A DNA stretch of 63,800 nucleotides, filler included, from Cercozoa sp. M6MM (GCA_040357565.1; 10 parts of 10 records of this genome joined end to end with filler, not necessarily neighbours in it); one strand, 5' to 3'; counted from the whole stretch's first letter, positions 36,184 through 50,754 are shown. A program made the numbers and translations. The notes: generated from the letters alone by a model not told the origin.

Positions 36184-36895
36184 CTACAGCGGCTTGAGGA
36201 AGTCGGAGTCGTTCATGAGAGTCAAGAACTCGTCCTCGAAGACGTCGCTCTGGCCGGGAGTGCTGTCGCTGTCGTCGGGAGCAGTCTCGCTGTCGGCCGA
36301 GTCGAGTGCAGCCTTCTCCTGCACAAACATCCTCATGTAGGCATCCTCACATAGGCGCATCCTCATAGGCATCCTCATATAGGCGCATCCTCATGTAGGT
36401 ATACCTCAGCATCCACGCTCTCGACAGCCTCCTTGGCATACACCTCGCGCAGTGCAGCCTGTTAGGTGGAGGGGTAAGGTAAGAGGTCAGGGGAGTAAAG
36501 ACAGGGGGGGAGTAAAGACAGGGGAGTAAAGTCAGGGGGGAGTAAAGACAGGGGGGAGTAAAGTCAGGGGAGTAAAGTCAGGGGAGTAAAGAAAGGGGAG
36601 TAAAGAAAGGGAAGGACGGAACAATCTCGCGTCGAGAGCTCTCTATGACGTTCTTGGTGCGACGGTCCGTCAGCACCTCGCTGCGCAGCAGCACGTGCTC
36701 CGCCTCCAGCAGCTCAGCGCGGCGCTTCTTGAGCGAATCGGCGAACGAGAGACACCAGTCGCGCACCAACGGTGACTACGCCCACACAGGAGGTACACAC
36801 GGACGAGGGGCTACACAGCGACTCCAGGGCCTACGTTGGCAGCGTCGCGATCCGCTCGCAGCAGCGTCACGTCGCGGAAACTCTCGAATTGCGAC
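36184..36895 (-). CDS. 3' fragment of a hypothetical protein
   Basis: Exons SQFESFRDV..., SPLVRDWCLSFADSLKKRRAELL..., AALREVYAKE..., EKAALDS...DFLKPL*. Confidence 0.5.
36490..36610. repeat. Intronic G-rich minisatellite (GGGGAGTAAAG(A/T)CA)n
   Basis: about 8 tandem copies. Confidence 0.85.
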
Positions 36896-37079
36896 TGCAC
36901 GGGGGGGGGGGGGTNNNNNNNNNNNNNNNNNNNNNNNNNNNNNNNNNNNNNNNNNNNNTTAATTAATTAANNNNNNNNNNNNNNNNNNNNNNNNNNNNNN
37001 NNNNNNNNNNNNNNGGGGGGTGATTCTAAGACCATTGCTCTGTGCTTTCCACCTTTTCATGTGTGTTCCGTGAGTGCAG

Positions 37080-40000
37080 AAAGAACTGCGCGCGCAGTTG
37101 CTCATGGCAGACCACACGTTGCTTGAGTCGCTCGGTGCCTTTTAATTTGATTCCTTCCATTCCTTTGCCAATATCTGCTTCGTAATTTCAGACGACGAAA
37201 TCGTGACGCTCGTGCAGCACTTTGACCACCAGTTTCAGGAGGCGCAGTGTGTGGCTGAGTTGGTACGTTTGCCTATACCTGGCGCAAGATACAAAATTGA
37301 GCTTTGTCTTTCTCTTTACAGATAAGCGCACTTTACAATGCCGGTCACCCTGATTACTCGCTCCAGCACACACTGATTGTTCCTTTTTGTGCCGACTTCC
37401 TGTCGCGTAAGGACGCAGTTCGTTCAATTAAGTTGGTGTGAATCGACAATTACTTTGTGCGCAGGGCTAGAAGAACACAAGACGATTCTTCAGGTGTTTA
37501 CTGCAGTTCAAGCAAGACTGAGATGCGCATTAGAAACTTGCGCAGAAAGAGACCCGCGAACTTTCAAAGCTGGCAACGCATGTGCGATCGCGCTACGGTA
37601 CCTGCTCTTTTCAAACCTTCAATCCTTAAGGCTATAACAGAGATTAACTTTCGTTGCTTTCAGCTATGCTTCGGCACTACACGATTCGAGAGTGTGTCCA
37701 AATGGTCGATTTGTGCTTGAAGCCAGGTATCGCCTGCTTCTTAACTTTCAGTTTTCTCCAAAAGAAAGCAAAAACTCAGATGGCGACTTGACGGCCAAGG
37801 CGAAGGACGCATTGCGACAGTATCAACACCGTGGGCTAGGCGATGGTACTGCAGCCAACGCTCTCGCTCTGAGACACACGCCGCTTTTCGACTTGGCGAA
37901 GTACAATCTCAGCTTCTTCGTCAAAAGTTTTATGGACACGTTTTTTCATTGCTTGGATGGCACAGTCTACTGGCGGTGTACAACATCAAATGCGCAACTG
38001 ACCTCGCTCTCGTGGCTCGTGTTCGGCAACAGGTGCGCCGGTCGGTGAGCATGAGTCGTCAGAGTGTCGGCGGCGTTCGCTTGCTTCGAGTTTGGCTTAA
38101 AGCGCTCGGTTTCTCAGTTTCTCATTTTTCTCTTTCAGTTGATTCTGTGAAAGAAAAGATCAAGTGCTTGCAGGCCATGCTTTCAGCAAACTGCCTGCGC
38201 CGGCACAGGTGCAAGTCCGTCCTTTGCGCGCTCCGTTAAGTCGTGATGACAATCTGACCGTATCATGCTTCTTTTTCTCGTGCATGTTGTATCCTCGAAA
38301 CGACTACTTTGTTCTTGTTTCGCAAAGGCCTCTGACGGAACCTCCGTTTTTGCCGTATGCTAGCCCACTCGTGTCATTAACCTAAAGGGTACCCTCAATC
38401 GTTTGTCTTTAGGCCATTACACCGACACCGCTGCGCACCATCCTGAGTGTGTATGTGCGACGTGGTGTTCTGCCTCGAGAGGGCCACGTGTTGATGTGTG
38501 ACGATAGCACAACGTACCCCGAGCTTTCTGCTTCCCTGAAACCAGTGAAGGTTGTTAAATTACTGTTAATATTGCCAGTATGGAGGAAATCGAACTCTTG
38601 TTTTGGCGCTGCTTTGGTGCTTCACGCGAAGCGATTGTGCTTGGAGATGATGCCATGGACATCTTTGTGCTCGCCAATGTCGACTGCCTTGCGGTACTCG
38701 TGCTTGTCGTGCTTTATTTGTTGTTGCTTGTTTTGCGCGTGCACGGCACTGTGATCGATATAGTACAATCTGCAATGACGCGTGATCGAACGTTTGCGTG
38801 CCATGGGTACGTTCCTGGATAGACACTCTGACTGCCATGCTAGTATGTTTATTCATTGAGTGCATGCTATTGATAGCAACCAGTCGCAACAAGCTACTTG
38901 TTCTCGCTCGAAATGCTGGAGTGCTTTTGTCGGAACTGTCGCATGCAGACGTGCCGCTGTTACCGCTGCCCGATGACGTTTTGACCGTTTTTTTCTTTTT
39001 ATAACTTAATTTTTCCCTCTACTGTTTATGACAAACCAAACAGGAGTCACTGCGCACTCACGCAAGGGGAGTTGGAGGTTCAGAAGGCAGTGGCAAGGTT
39101 TGTCCCTCTCAGTAGAACTAGCTTTAACTTTCCCTCATATGTTGATGATGAAATAGACAACGTTCATCCGCACGAGTTACATCACCATGAACAAGCAACG
39201 CGATCAGGGCAAGTACCGAGTCTTGCCGATCCGCGAGCACTCGACAGCGAAACATCTGATTGACAGTACCTTTCATCGCGTCTGAGGCTAGGATGGGTTT
39301 ATGCCTGTGTAATTGTGCGAGCAGGTTTGATACTGTACGACATGCAACAAGCCAGCACCACAGTATGTTCGCCTCCATTTCGCATTAGCTTTTCTTTTCA
39401 GTAAAGTTTCTGGTGCCGTGCCGTGTCTCACTTTTTGTGTGTGCATGCAAAGCCACCTTCGTTTTTGCATGTGGATGTTGCGCACGACGTGACGACCAAG
39501 ACGGATGCCTTGCTGTTTTCCCTTGTGGTAATTTAACTCAACGAAACTTTATCACGCTGCGGGTTCAACATCGCTAGATCCTGTTGCTTTCACCAGGTTT
39601 CGAAAGTTCTTCGTGATCGCAAGTCGTGTCGCGCGCTCGCGATTCCCCGGGGTACCCTTAGTTTTTGTCGTCTTGTTTTGCCATGTGTTTTCTGTACCGT
39701 TGTTTTGTACAGCCACGGTGTTTGTTGAGTTCGCTGCAGAGCACGCGGAGACGCACGGGGTCATTATGTTTTAATTGTCAGTTTACAGAAAGAAAAATTG
39801 TCATGTGGCATTCACAGGATGAAGCGAACTCGCAGAACTGGTCGACTCTTCTGCCTCTTACCCAAGTCTACGCTAATCAGCGAAAGCATCTTCCCATCTT
39901 CAAAGATGCGTACCGTTGCCTTGCTCACCGTTTAGTTGATACTGACTGAACTTGAAACCATAGACATGACGGTGACGGCTTGGCTCTCGCTCTGGCGGAG

Positions 40001-42372
40001 GATTGCGATGCAATTTACGTGGCTAAGTGATTCAATTTAAATTCTAACTTATTTGGGGATGCCATAACCGTATGTGATTCCTGCAGATACTTACGTGCCC
40101 TGCGCGATGGAAAATTAAACCCTCACTCGGGCCAGTTTGTACCTGAGGTACCCGCACCGTGTCTTTTCTTTTGCAGTTGTTTTTTTGTAGATTTGCGTCG
40201 CACCTTTTGTGTAGTTCATGCCGAGTTCCGACGCTGCAATTTCTCAGCAGGTGATTTCGCCACTACTCCGCTTTTTGCTTAGTATAGTAGCTGATCTGAT
40301 ACTATCCAGGAGGTGTATGCCATCGTGTTCGAAGCGGTGAAGACCCAGTTGGATCCAAGGTACTACGGCTGTTTCCCGGAGACATTGTCCCCAGAGACAT
40401 TGATCCTTGACCATGACATCACGAATGTTCTGGGTCTAGCCCGTCATTTGGCACGATGCGCATCTTCATTCGAATGATGAAACATCTACTATCGCTTGGT
40501 AAATTTACTCTTTCTTTATCCAGTCATTGCACTACAGGGCTCCAAGTCGGCCTCACTTGCTTTTGTCGCTGCACAGCCGACGTGTACGGCGTGCCACGAG
40601 CACTAGCTAATGATGGTGGAGGTGCACTGAGCAAGCTGTGGCACTGCGTGACTTCCTTGCTAGCTGCCACGTCTCGCGACTTCGCACAGCGCGTGCGTCT
40701 TTCAGTTCGCGTTGACAGTTCGAAACTCTTCATTTTTCAGTTCAACTTTGCGTGCAGGCGATTCCTCGTGGAGATCAGTTCAACGCACGTCGTTTGCTGC
40801 CTACGGATGATACGTCGCGCAACCTAATGCAAGCGAACCAGTTTGAACGCATGGCGTCTTGGCAGGATGGAGTATTGCTTCTTCAGACAATGTCTGTTCA
40901 AGCATATGTGTCGTGGTGATAACAGGACCACCCAATCTTCTTGTTCTACGGTTCGGAGAGAGACGAGGTGATATCGATTCTCTCTTTCTTTTGAATTATT
41001 ACGGTGACATGCCGGAATTGTTAGGGCGTGTCGGGCATGGAGTTCATCGCCAAGTGTCAACGCTCTGTGCAACGGTTTGTTTGCAAAATATATGATGCTG
41101 TAATCAGCACAATATACGTGTCTGTACGAGTTAAATTCATAGTTACTTGGACGCCGGGCTGTGTGCGGAGGTATTGTGCACATGAATCCCAAAGTGCGAG
41201 TGTCTGGAGATGCTGTACATGTGGGAACAGCTGCGTCTCAACCGCATTCAGTTGCTGCGCGACTGGGCTAGGCTGGACACTCGCGAGTACAATACCTTCG
41301 CTACTCTCGCTGTGAATTGGCAAATGCGCGTTCTTTCTTCTCACGGTAGATATGCCGAGATTGTTCGTCGCGTCGAGGGCTTTCGTGGGGCCGACTTTCG
41401 TGCGGACGAGCACCGCGGTGCGACTGCCGAGCAGTACGTACTTACGCTGGACAACTTGCTGAAAATGCTATCGTACTTTGTATTTTTCTGGAGATGACCT
41501 GACCCAGTGGATCTTTAAACAACACCCCTAAACCGTGTAGGATTCAGTTGCGCTGGAAGGCTCGCTTGCCTGTGCTGTAAATTTAGTTTTCTTTTCTTTG
41601 GGAGTGTATGCCGTGTTTTGTCGAACTGTTGTTTCACCAGCATGAGTGGCGAGACCGGCTGCGGCAAATCCTCGCTCATCCAGCAGGTGCACAGTGATAA
41701 GGTGTGGACATGATTTAAATTTCACCTTTGGTTGTGTGTGGCGTGTTCAGTTGTGCTTCTACCTGGGCTACTCGCTGAGAACTCTTAACGTGCACGGTGG
41801 TGTAGACGACTCGCAAGTGCTGACTTGGTATTCGCACATCTGCACTTGCGATTTGTGTGCCCTACGGCTACTCGGCTGTCAGGGTGAATGTCCGTGTGCA
41901 CGAGGCCTTGTCTCACACAAACATGCGCTTCGTTTGGTTTTTTGACGAGGTACACCTCAGATCTGTTGCCTAGTCGCACTTGCAGACTCAATTCGCATCG
42001 TTTCCGGGTGCAGCTGAACACGTGCGAGTCTCTGGCATTGTTTAAGTCGATCCTCATCGATCGCCTTTGTGGTAACCTGTCCATCGCTCGGTTTTGAGTC
42101 TGTGTCTGTGTCTGTGTGTCTGTGTGTGTGGGTGTTGTTTCACTCCCGTACTGGTACAGACGGAAAGCAGGTTCCAAAGAACGTACTACTCGTCGCCGCT
42201 TGTAATCCTTACCGTCAGCGCAATGCCATGGTGTCTACAGTCACTTACGAGCACACTGGCATCTAAGATGCGAACTGTAAACTGAACAGCAAAGGGCACG
42301 TCAAGCAGGCACCGGGCTCGCAGGTGGAGGCAACTCCGAACTACAGCTGGTACATTCTCAAGCATTGTGTGT

Positions 42373-42426
<54 letters not shown>

Positions 42427-42856
42427 GAATTCATCTAGGTGTACCGCGTAAGACCGCTCCCGAGAAGCATGCTCGACTATGTCTATGACTTTGGAGCGCT
42501 GACGCCAGAAACAGAGCGTTTGTACATTCCTCTGTTTTACTGCTTGTCTTTGGTTTTGTTTGATCTCTCGTTATTGTAGATACATACACTCAATGCTGCG
42601 TCGCCAACTCTTGGAGTAAGAGGACGCTTAGACTGACACCGTTGGTGTTTACTCTGTGCTGTGCTGGAGTAGAAGTCGGCAGTTGTGCGAAGGTTTCGCT
42701 GGGTTGCTCTGCCAATGCCAAGTACTTTTCTTTTGCGGCACAGTCGCACATTTTACTCATGTTGATTGTCGCTCACGACCGATTAGGAGCACTTGCGTCG
42801 CGTCAACGGCGGAGAGCGGAGTGTTGTGTCGCTTCGTGACGTTTGTATCACACACA

Positions 42857-42908
<52 letters not shown>

Positions 42909-44752
42909 CATTAAGTTTGACTTGGTGTGCTTTGTGTTCAGCGCGTGCCCTCCAAGTGTACCGTTGGGCGACAGATGAGGTGTCTTACTTGATTTCCTTG
43001 CCCCAAGACACACCGGCGAACAAAGACTTGGCCAGTCTTCTTAAGTTGTAACGTTTTGTTGTGACAGTTTATTCCGCAAAACGTCGTCATCAAAAACGAC
43101 AGAATCCGACTTGCTGTGGTGAACTTTTCGTTTCGCCTTTGCGCAGACACACCCACAAGTTGATTTTCTTTGGTCAGATCCTGTCCATTCATTTCTGCTA
43201 CGCGAGTCGACTCAGTCGGGACGAACGCAGCGAACTGGTGTGTTCCCCAAAGGCCGCCTTCTTTTCAATTCCTCCTATATGGCTTTCTCTAGATCCAAAA
43301 ATTGGACACGAAGCGGCTGCACTTCAGTTTACAGCCGTACGATGCGTCGGTTCGCGAACTGCAGCTATCGCTTGTACAACACATGACGCTTCCTCGTGGT
43401 TGCTTTTCACATGACGCTTCTAAATTTAAATTACTTTCCTGCTGATTGTGTGTTTTTTGGGCACAGGTGTTGCACTCAATGAGGCACTGTTGGAGAACAT
43501 TTTTTGTTGCGGTAAAATGAAACCGCGCAAGCCTCTGTCCTATCTGCTATGGTGCTGAGACTTTTTGTTGGTGCGAGCAGTCGTGGCGATCTTGAATCGT
43601 ATGCCTGTGTTCGTCGTGGGCAAGCCGGGCAGCTCCAAGTCACTCGCCCTGTCGTTGATTCAGGTGCCATTTTCGCTCTGTCATATCTCGCGTTTTTGTG
43701 TGCTGATCTACAAAATGAACTTTAGAATTCGTTCAACGGAGTCACAAGCGACAACGAGTTCTTCCGCGCGTTCCCTAACATTGAAGTGCGTCCCTCTTTG
43801 TCCCGGACAATTCAGTTGCGACTTGTTTCTGTTTTTCTGAACGGGTCCGTGTTGGTACTGTAGGTGTTTTCGTACCAGTGCTCGCCGCTCTCAACCAGGT
43901 GAAGCTGGACCTTTCCTGTCATAACAAACTGACAGGAGGTTTAAAATTTTTGCCTGATGTTCTGCAGTGCGGGAATCGAGCAAGTGTTCGCAGCTGCTCT
44001 GCGCTACCAGGAAAAGGCCGGTATGCCATCAACAAGAAAGGAATTTTCGTTTTCATTTCCAGTGCACTGCTTCTTGGTCTGTTAGGCACTGACTCGGTGG
44101 CTACCGTTTTGCTCGACGAGATTGGGCTGTAATTTATGACTTTTTCAAAATTGCTGGATTAAACCCATCATAGCTATGTTTGCTTGAATGCAGCGCGGAA
44201 CAGTCGCCGCACCTACCACTGAAGGTGCTGCACAAACTCTTCGACGAGAACAGCGGAAAACTGGTACATATGTGTGATCGTACTGACAGCTCATTGTTCT
44301 GAATGATACACATTACCAGGCGGTGGTGGGCATTTCCAACTGGAAACTCGACTCGTCCAAGATGAATCGCGCCATTCACCTCAGCGTACATTTTTGCTGT
44401 TTTGGTTTTTTTCTTCTTCCTGTTTCTTTATTCGGATAAACACGGCATTTCTGTGCAGCGACCGCCTCCAACTGTCTCTGATTTGATCTTGACTGCCAAG
44501 GGCATTGTTGGTAGCATCACTAGTATTGGACATTTCCCGTCGGAGTGTTACTATCGAGTCTTGACTTAAAGGTTGCGGCCAACTCGATCGTCATATGGAT
44601 GGCTTGGCACGAGCATACGATGAGGTAAATTATTGTAGTCGCCTTGTCGAGAGGAATAGCCACCGTTAAATTGTTGCAGGTCTACAACAAGCAGCAGCGA
44701 GCAGATTTCTTTGGCTTGCGAGACTTCTACGGACTTGTAGTCATGCAAAACA

Positions 44753-44789
<37 letters not shown>

Positions 44790-44920
44790 GTTGTGTGTTG
44801 TTGTGTGTGTGTGTTGTTGTGTGTGTTGTGTTGTATTCGTTTGGTGTTGGGGTATAGATTCGCCACTTGTACACTGTGAAACAAGAACTAACTCCTTCTC
44901 TCGTTAGCGAAGCCGTACTG

Positions 44921-44958
<38 letters not shown>

Positions 44959-47900
44959 GAGAAATTTTGGTGGCCGTTCGCTCGATGAGACGATGCAGAT
45001 CCTGTCGGTGAGTGTTTTTTCTGTGATTCGGTGACGCATAAAAACCTTTTTCGACAGATCTTCTTTCGGCACTTGTCGTTTCCCGTCTCGCCAAGCCACA
45101 TCGCAAGGTGCTTGAATATAAGTTAATGAGTTGGACTTGATGCCATTTTGGCTACTGTAATTGCTTACTGAACGTGTAGCGATGCTTCTGTTCTGGGCCG
45201 TGTGCGAAAGAACCTCTGTTGCGACCAAAGCCGACACCTCATGGTTCATTGCGAGCTTACAATTTTGTAGTCTTATCTACGTTGGTTTGTAATACTGCTC
45301 GGCAGTTGCTGACGCGAAACGATGCCGCTCTTTCGCTTCTGCAAGACGAGTGCGTTCTTTTCTGGGCTAAAGTGGGTCCATAAATGCTTTTTCACAAATT
45401 CGTGGTTGGTGAAGGTTTGAGCTGACGGGTGCTGATTTCTTCCACGGTGGCGACTTCTCGTCCAACAAGTAAATCATTTCTGCAATGTTCAATGGTGACA
45501 TAGCGCCCGTCCCCGTTTTCTTTGCAGATCACCTGCGCACGTTTCTCGTCAACTTCATCGGCTGAAACTTGCTATGGCGGTTCGTATCGTTTCTGATCAA
45601 CGCACTGTATACTTGATATTGCCGAAATCACAGGATGATCGAGGTCGCACCGTGGTGCTGGTTCACTGCGAGGTATTTTGTCGTTTTGCTTGACACGGAA
45701 TCAACCACTGACGTTTTTTAGCCGCTCTTTGAGTCGTTGTATGACGTCTTCAACCAACACTACACGCAGTGCGGAGCGCAAAGGTAAACTTATTTCTTTT
45801 CCTGTTTAAGTGGATATGCTTTAACTCTCACATGCGTAGCTTCGTTCGCGTGGCTTTCGGGCACAGCAGCCATCTGTGTCCGATTAGCAAAGGTTTCCGT
45901 GTCATTGTAACTTGCACTTGCCGATTGTTTGTCTGTTTGTGTTTCGTGTAAACTCGCTTCTTGAGCAACTTCAGGTTGTGGTGGAGCGTACGGATGCTTA
46001 CACTCGCCTTGCCCCGCCTCTGCTGAATCGCTTCGAAAAGCAGGTGATTTTAAACATCGACATAAGTTGTATGCAATCTTGGACCTGCTTTGTATTGCAG
46101 CTACTCGATCGTCGTGCCATGTTGCACTGTTTTCCGTCGCAACGGCGCCGTACCAAGCGTCTTGTTGCATTCTCGAAGGTCAGGATCTTTTCTGACAACA
46201 TGAAGCTCCAGTTCGTCTGAAAGTTACGTATGGATAGAATTTGGCACGTCTTGCGTTGCAACGCGATAAGGACCACCAACTCTCGGCTTCGGACATGTCG
46301 TCGGTGTTCCCCGGCTTTCACAGCGACATGTGTGCGTCTCTCATACAAAGTGACTGCAGGTTGTCGGTAATCTAAATTTTACCCTCTCCCCAGGTGTGCA
46401 AGTTGTTTTATTTGTAGTCCGACCGCCATTTCTTGCACTCTGCACAAAGACTTGTGCGGTACGAAAGGAATACAATTCAACTCTTTTGCTATTTCAAGGA
46501 GGAGTTTGCAGTGCTCTGTCGGTGAAAGCAATGTGCGCACTCGTGCTTGATTCGAATTACGAGCGTGCGCAAGAACAGGTATACCGCACCGCGGGTGTAA
46601 ATTTATTGTCTTGGGTATACTGCACATCGTTGTTGCAATAGGTGCTGTCGGTACTACCAAACGTAGAACTACGGGACTTCTTTTTCGGCACATCAATGTA
46701 CAATCGAGTGCAATCACGAAGGGGGGGCTTTGTAGCACCAGCCTTCGTTTTCAATTTACATTTAGGCACACATCATTGACTGGACTTTTGGCCTCGCCGA
46801 CGCAACACCGTCACTTGCTCGTACTCACCTGTAACCTCAGCCTGATTCTCTTGGGTTGTCCGCCGGTTTTTGGATTGCAAGATTATTTAAGTTTAGATGC
46901 GCCATGTCACATCAACTTGAGCGCCGTTGTTCCGGGTGCAACGTCGTGTGTCATTGCTTTGCATGAGTTGCACTCGCAACGCGATTTTGAGGTCAGTTTT
47001 CTCTGAGTTCTGGTCGAAAGATGTGTGTGAGTTTTACTTGTGTGGCCTGTCTTAGGATGCGGTGACGAGTGCTGCTGACTCAAGTCGTGAAAATCTTGTC
47101 GTTGAGGCCGACCTGGCCCGTTGCTCGGCTCGGCGCGTGAGGTACGCTCAGCGACTGTTGTCGGACACAGAAACCGCCTCTCGGTATCTGCCAGCGCAGC
47201 TTTGTTTCTTCATACTATTTGCTTCGCTGAACCGACTGGTGTGTCTCTCCGTGTTTAGGATTGTGCTGCTGGTGCACTTGTCACGCGAACAGCCGTTTGC
47301 TCTTGGTAAGATGCTGCAGAAAAATATGGAGAAATACTTCAGCTATTAATTTACTATTTGTAAAGACTTTGATCGTCATTGGTCCCGTGTCTGTGTTGAT
47401 GCCATCGACTCGCTGTCACACATTTTGCCGCCGCTGGAATCATTCGTACTCCTCCGATGCCTACATATCAATAGATATCGGCAGACTGTACCATTTTAGC
47501 TGTCGAAAAGGGACTGGTGCGAATCGGTCTTACATGAGGTTTCTTTCGCTCGCAACTTGATGAACATTTGAAGGTGTGGTTGTTGTTAATTCAGGTGGAC
47601 TTTGACGTCTTCGTGCGCCAGTCCTTCCGACGTGCGCTTTCCTTGGTGTACCGAGGCGGCAGGAAGTCTCTCGATTCCTTGCGCGAACGCATTGAGTTGC
47701 TCCAGTAAATCCTCTGTTTTCTTGTCGCTCGAGTTACCTTTCGTTCCTATGCCTTCAGGCGTTGTCTTTCTGCCGACAACGGCAAGAAAAAAGAGAACGA
47801 GGCCGACTTTTTGGTATTGCGGGGAGGCTGTCACTTAACCTAATTTTGTTAATGATTTTGCTCTGGTCCAAGCAGGTTCAAGGAATTCGCCGAGAGCTTT

Positions 47901-48050
47901 TGTGCGTTTTTCAAAAGAATCCTACGCTGCGACTACATGCGTTTGTATGTGACCTCTCGGAATTTTAATCTCTCACTCGTTTTCTATTCTTTCCGCCCAT
48001 CTGGCAGAACGTCAGCGTTGGTTCGCGATCGACGACGATCCAGCATGCGG
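37080..48050 (+). CDS. RNF213: RNF213/mysterin-like giant dynein-related AAA+ ATPase, partial at both ends, extremely intron-dense
   Basis: Spliced motifs YVLTLDNLLKM, SGETGCGKS, LNVHGG, FFDE|LNT, VAACNPYR, L|VYRVRPLP...YVYDFGAL, VVSLRDV, ALNEALLEN, VGKPGSSKSL, YQCSPLST, LLDEIGLAEQSPHLPLKVLH, GISNWKLDSSKMNRA, FFGLRDFY, RNFGG, ESLYDVFNQHY, PPLLNRFEK. Confidence 0.9.
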
Positions 48051-48106
48051 TAAATTTATCACTGTGTGTACGCATGCGTTGACTAGTTTGTGTGTGTGTG
48101 TGTGTT

Positions 48107-48142
<36 letters not shown>

Positions 48143-48242
48143 NNNNNNNNNNNNNNNNNNNNNNNNNNNNNNNNNNNNNNNNNNNNTTAATTAATTAANN
48201 NNNNNNNNNNNNNNNNNNNNNNNNNNNNNNNNNNNNNNNNNN

Positions 48243-48332
<90 letters not shown>

Positions 48333-48376
48333 ATTGGCTTCTCCCCCATACATATCCCCTGTTACCCTATCAACAG

Positions 48377-50523
48377 GGCGGCGTCCTCGACTTCTTCGTC
48401 TTTGCAGGTACCTCTACACGCGTACAAGTGGTGAGAGTGCTTCATACGGCGTGTCTCCAAATGGGCAGGTGCGACTCCGGCTCAGGTGGTGCAGCAGGCA
48501 CAATACGCCGTGTTGGGACGACCGATGATGCCGCCTCTGTGGTCACTCGGCTGGCAGTACTGCCGGTACAGTAAACTAAACAAGTGTACATGTGCGTATG
48601 TGTGTGTCCTTAACTACACTGACACACAGCTGGGGCTTTGAGAACCTCGCGCACGTGAAGCGCGTCACGCAGCAGCTCGCCAATCACGCGATTCCCTTCG
48701 ACACGATGTACTTCGACATTGACTACATGCACGGTATCTGGGTTTAAGCAGGTTAAGGGGGATAAAAGGAAAACGGTAATATTGTCGCTGTCCTAGCCTA
48801 CGAGATGTTCACCTACGACGACGAGCGATTCCCGGCGACGGAAGTGAAGCAGTGGGTCGACACTGAGCTGCATGCCAAGGGTACTTGAAAGTGAAGGCAG
48901 CTGACAACACTACATACAGAACTGTTCGCTGCTCCGTCCTAGGTCGTCGTTTGGTGGTGATTCTCGACCCCGGTATCCACGTGCGTGAGGGTACACCCAA
49001 TATACTTCTATAGTCTCTAAAATACATGTATATACATATTATATATATATATATCTATTAATATATATATATATATATATAGGTATATATATATAGATAT
49101 ATACATGCAGGTTACGACGTGTACGAGCGCGCCAAGGCGCAAGGCGACGTTTTCTTGAAGACACGCGAGGGTGTGTATTTACTATGTTGACCCTCCTTCC
49201 TTTTTACCCCCCCCCCCGGCAGGCACGGATTTCATCGGCAGTGTGTGGCCTGGTCGCGTGCACTTCCCGGACTGGTCGTCCACTGGGGTACTTGCGTGTC
49301 GTTTTTGTACTAGCTTAGTTTACCCCCCCCCCCCTGGTCGGCAGGCACGCCAGTGGTGGCTCACAGAACTGCGTGAGTTTCTGAAACTCGCGCCGATCGA
49401 CGGACTGTGGATCGACATGAACGAGGTCGCCAACTTCTGCCACGGCCAGTGCACCGACGACGATGACGATGACGTATGTTTTGCCCCCTTAAACTTGGCC
49501 CTAGCCCTTATCCTCATCCTTCGTCCTTAACCTTATTCCCTTAATCTCTTTCACAACGATGTGCCCTGGCGTAGTGGAACATTGGTCTATTGGAGGAGCG
49601 CGAGTCCAAGTATCACCGTGCTGGTACCGTCTCGACTGCAGTGATTGATCAGCGATAGATCGACCGAATGACTGACGGTGTGTGGTGTGTTGCAGCCGAT
49701 TTTAACCCGCGCAATCCGCCCTACCGCATCAAGAACACGGCTGGTCGCCAGTACTATTATTGCCTAGTGTTTGTGCATATAATTGTATATAGATGTGTGT
49801 TTATATATCTGCATATATGTATATATATATATATATATTTAGATACAGATATGTATGTGGGTGTGTACCCATGTGTGTATGTGCAGTGTCGACCTGAACT
49901 ACAAGACACTCGACATGGACGTGCAGTTCGTCGATGGCAACATTGAGTACGACGTGCACTCTACGGTAAGATGCTGCTGCTGCTGTCCAGACCTGCTGCT
50001 GCTGCTACACTGTGTCTGGACAGTTCGGCCACCGCGAGGGCATTCTCACCGCCGAAGATCTGGCTGGTACCTTTTATACCTCCTCTTGTACCCCCTCCCC
50101 CCACCTTCACCCTTGTAGAACTGCGTCAGGAGCGTCCGTTCGTGCTGTCGCGTTCGACGACTCTGTCCAGTGGTCACTGGATGGCCCACTGGTACGGCAT
50201 ACGCACGTGTCAATGCACTGGGCGCATGTCTTTCTCACTGGGCACGTGCACGTGTGACTTGCACGTGTGATTTGAGTGTGCAGGCTGGGTGACAACAGGT
50301 CAGACTTTTACTCGATGCGCCGCTCGATCGCCGGCATGCTCAACTTCCAGCTGTTTGGTACCTTGTGACTTGTGCTACGTGCTGTCTTCCCTGCATTTGC
50401 GATCGTTATTGAGCATGATCGTTTGTACATAGGCATTCCCATGGTCGGCGCCGACATCTGCGGCTTTGCGGCCGAGTTCGGCAACATGAATGAACTGTGC
50501 GCCCGCTGGACGGCACTCGGCAG
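48377..50523 (+). CDS. GH31 alpha-glucosidase (lysosomal/maltase-glucoamylase type), internal fragment
   Basis: GGVLDFFVF, PPLWSLGWQYC, DIDYM, ILDPGI, VWPGRVHFPDW, GLWIDMNE (nucleophile), RPFVLSRST, HWLGDN, PMVGADICGF. Confidence 0.95.
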
Positions 50524-50563
50524 GTAGGGTCACTGGCTCTTGGTCTGCGCTGAGGGCCCTGTT

Positions 50564-50608
<45 letters not shown>

Positions 50609-50708
50609 NNNNNNNNNNNNNNNNNNNNNNNNNNNNNNNNNNNNNNNNNNNNTTAATTAATTAANNNNNNNNNNNNNNNNNNNNNNNNNNNNNNNNNNNN
50701 NNNNNNNN

Positions 50709-50754
<46 letters not shown>

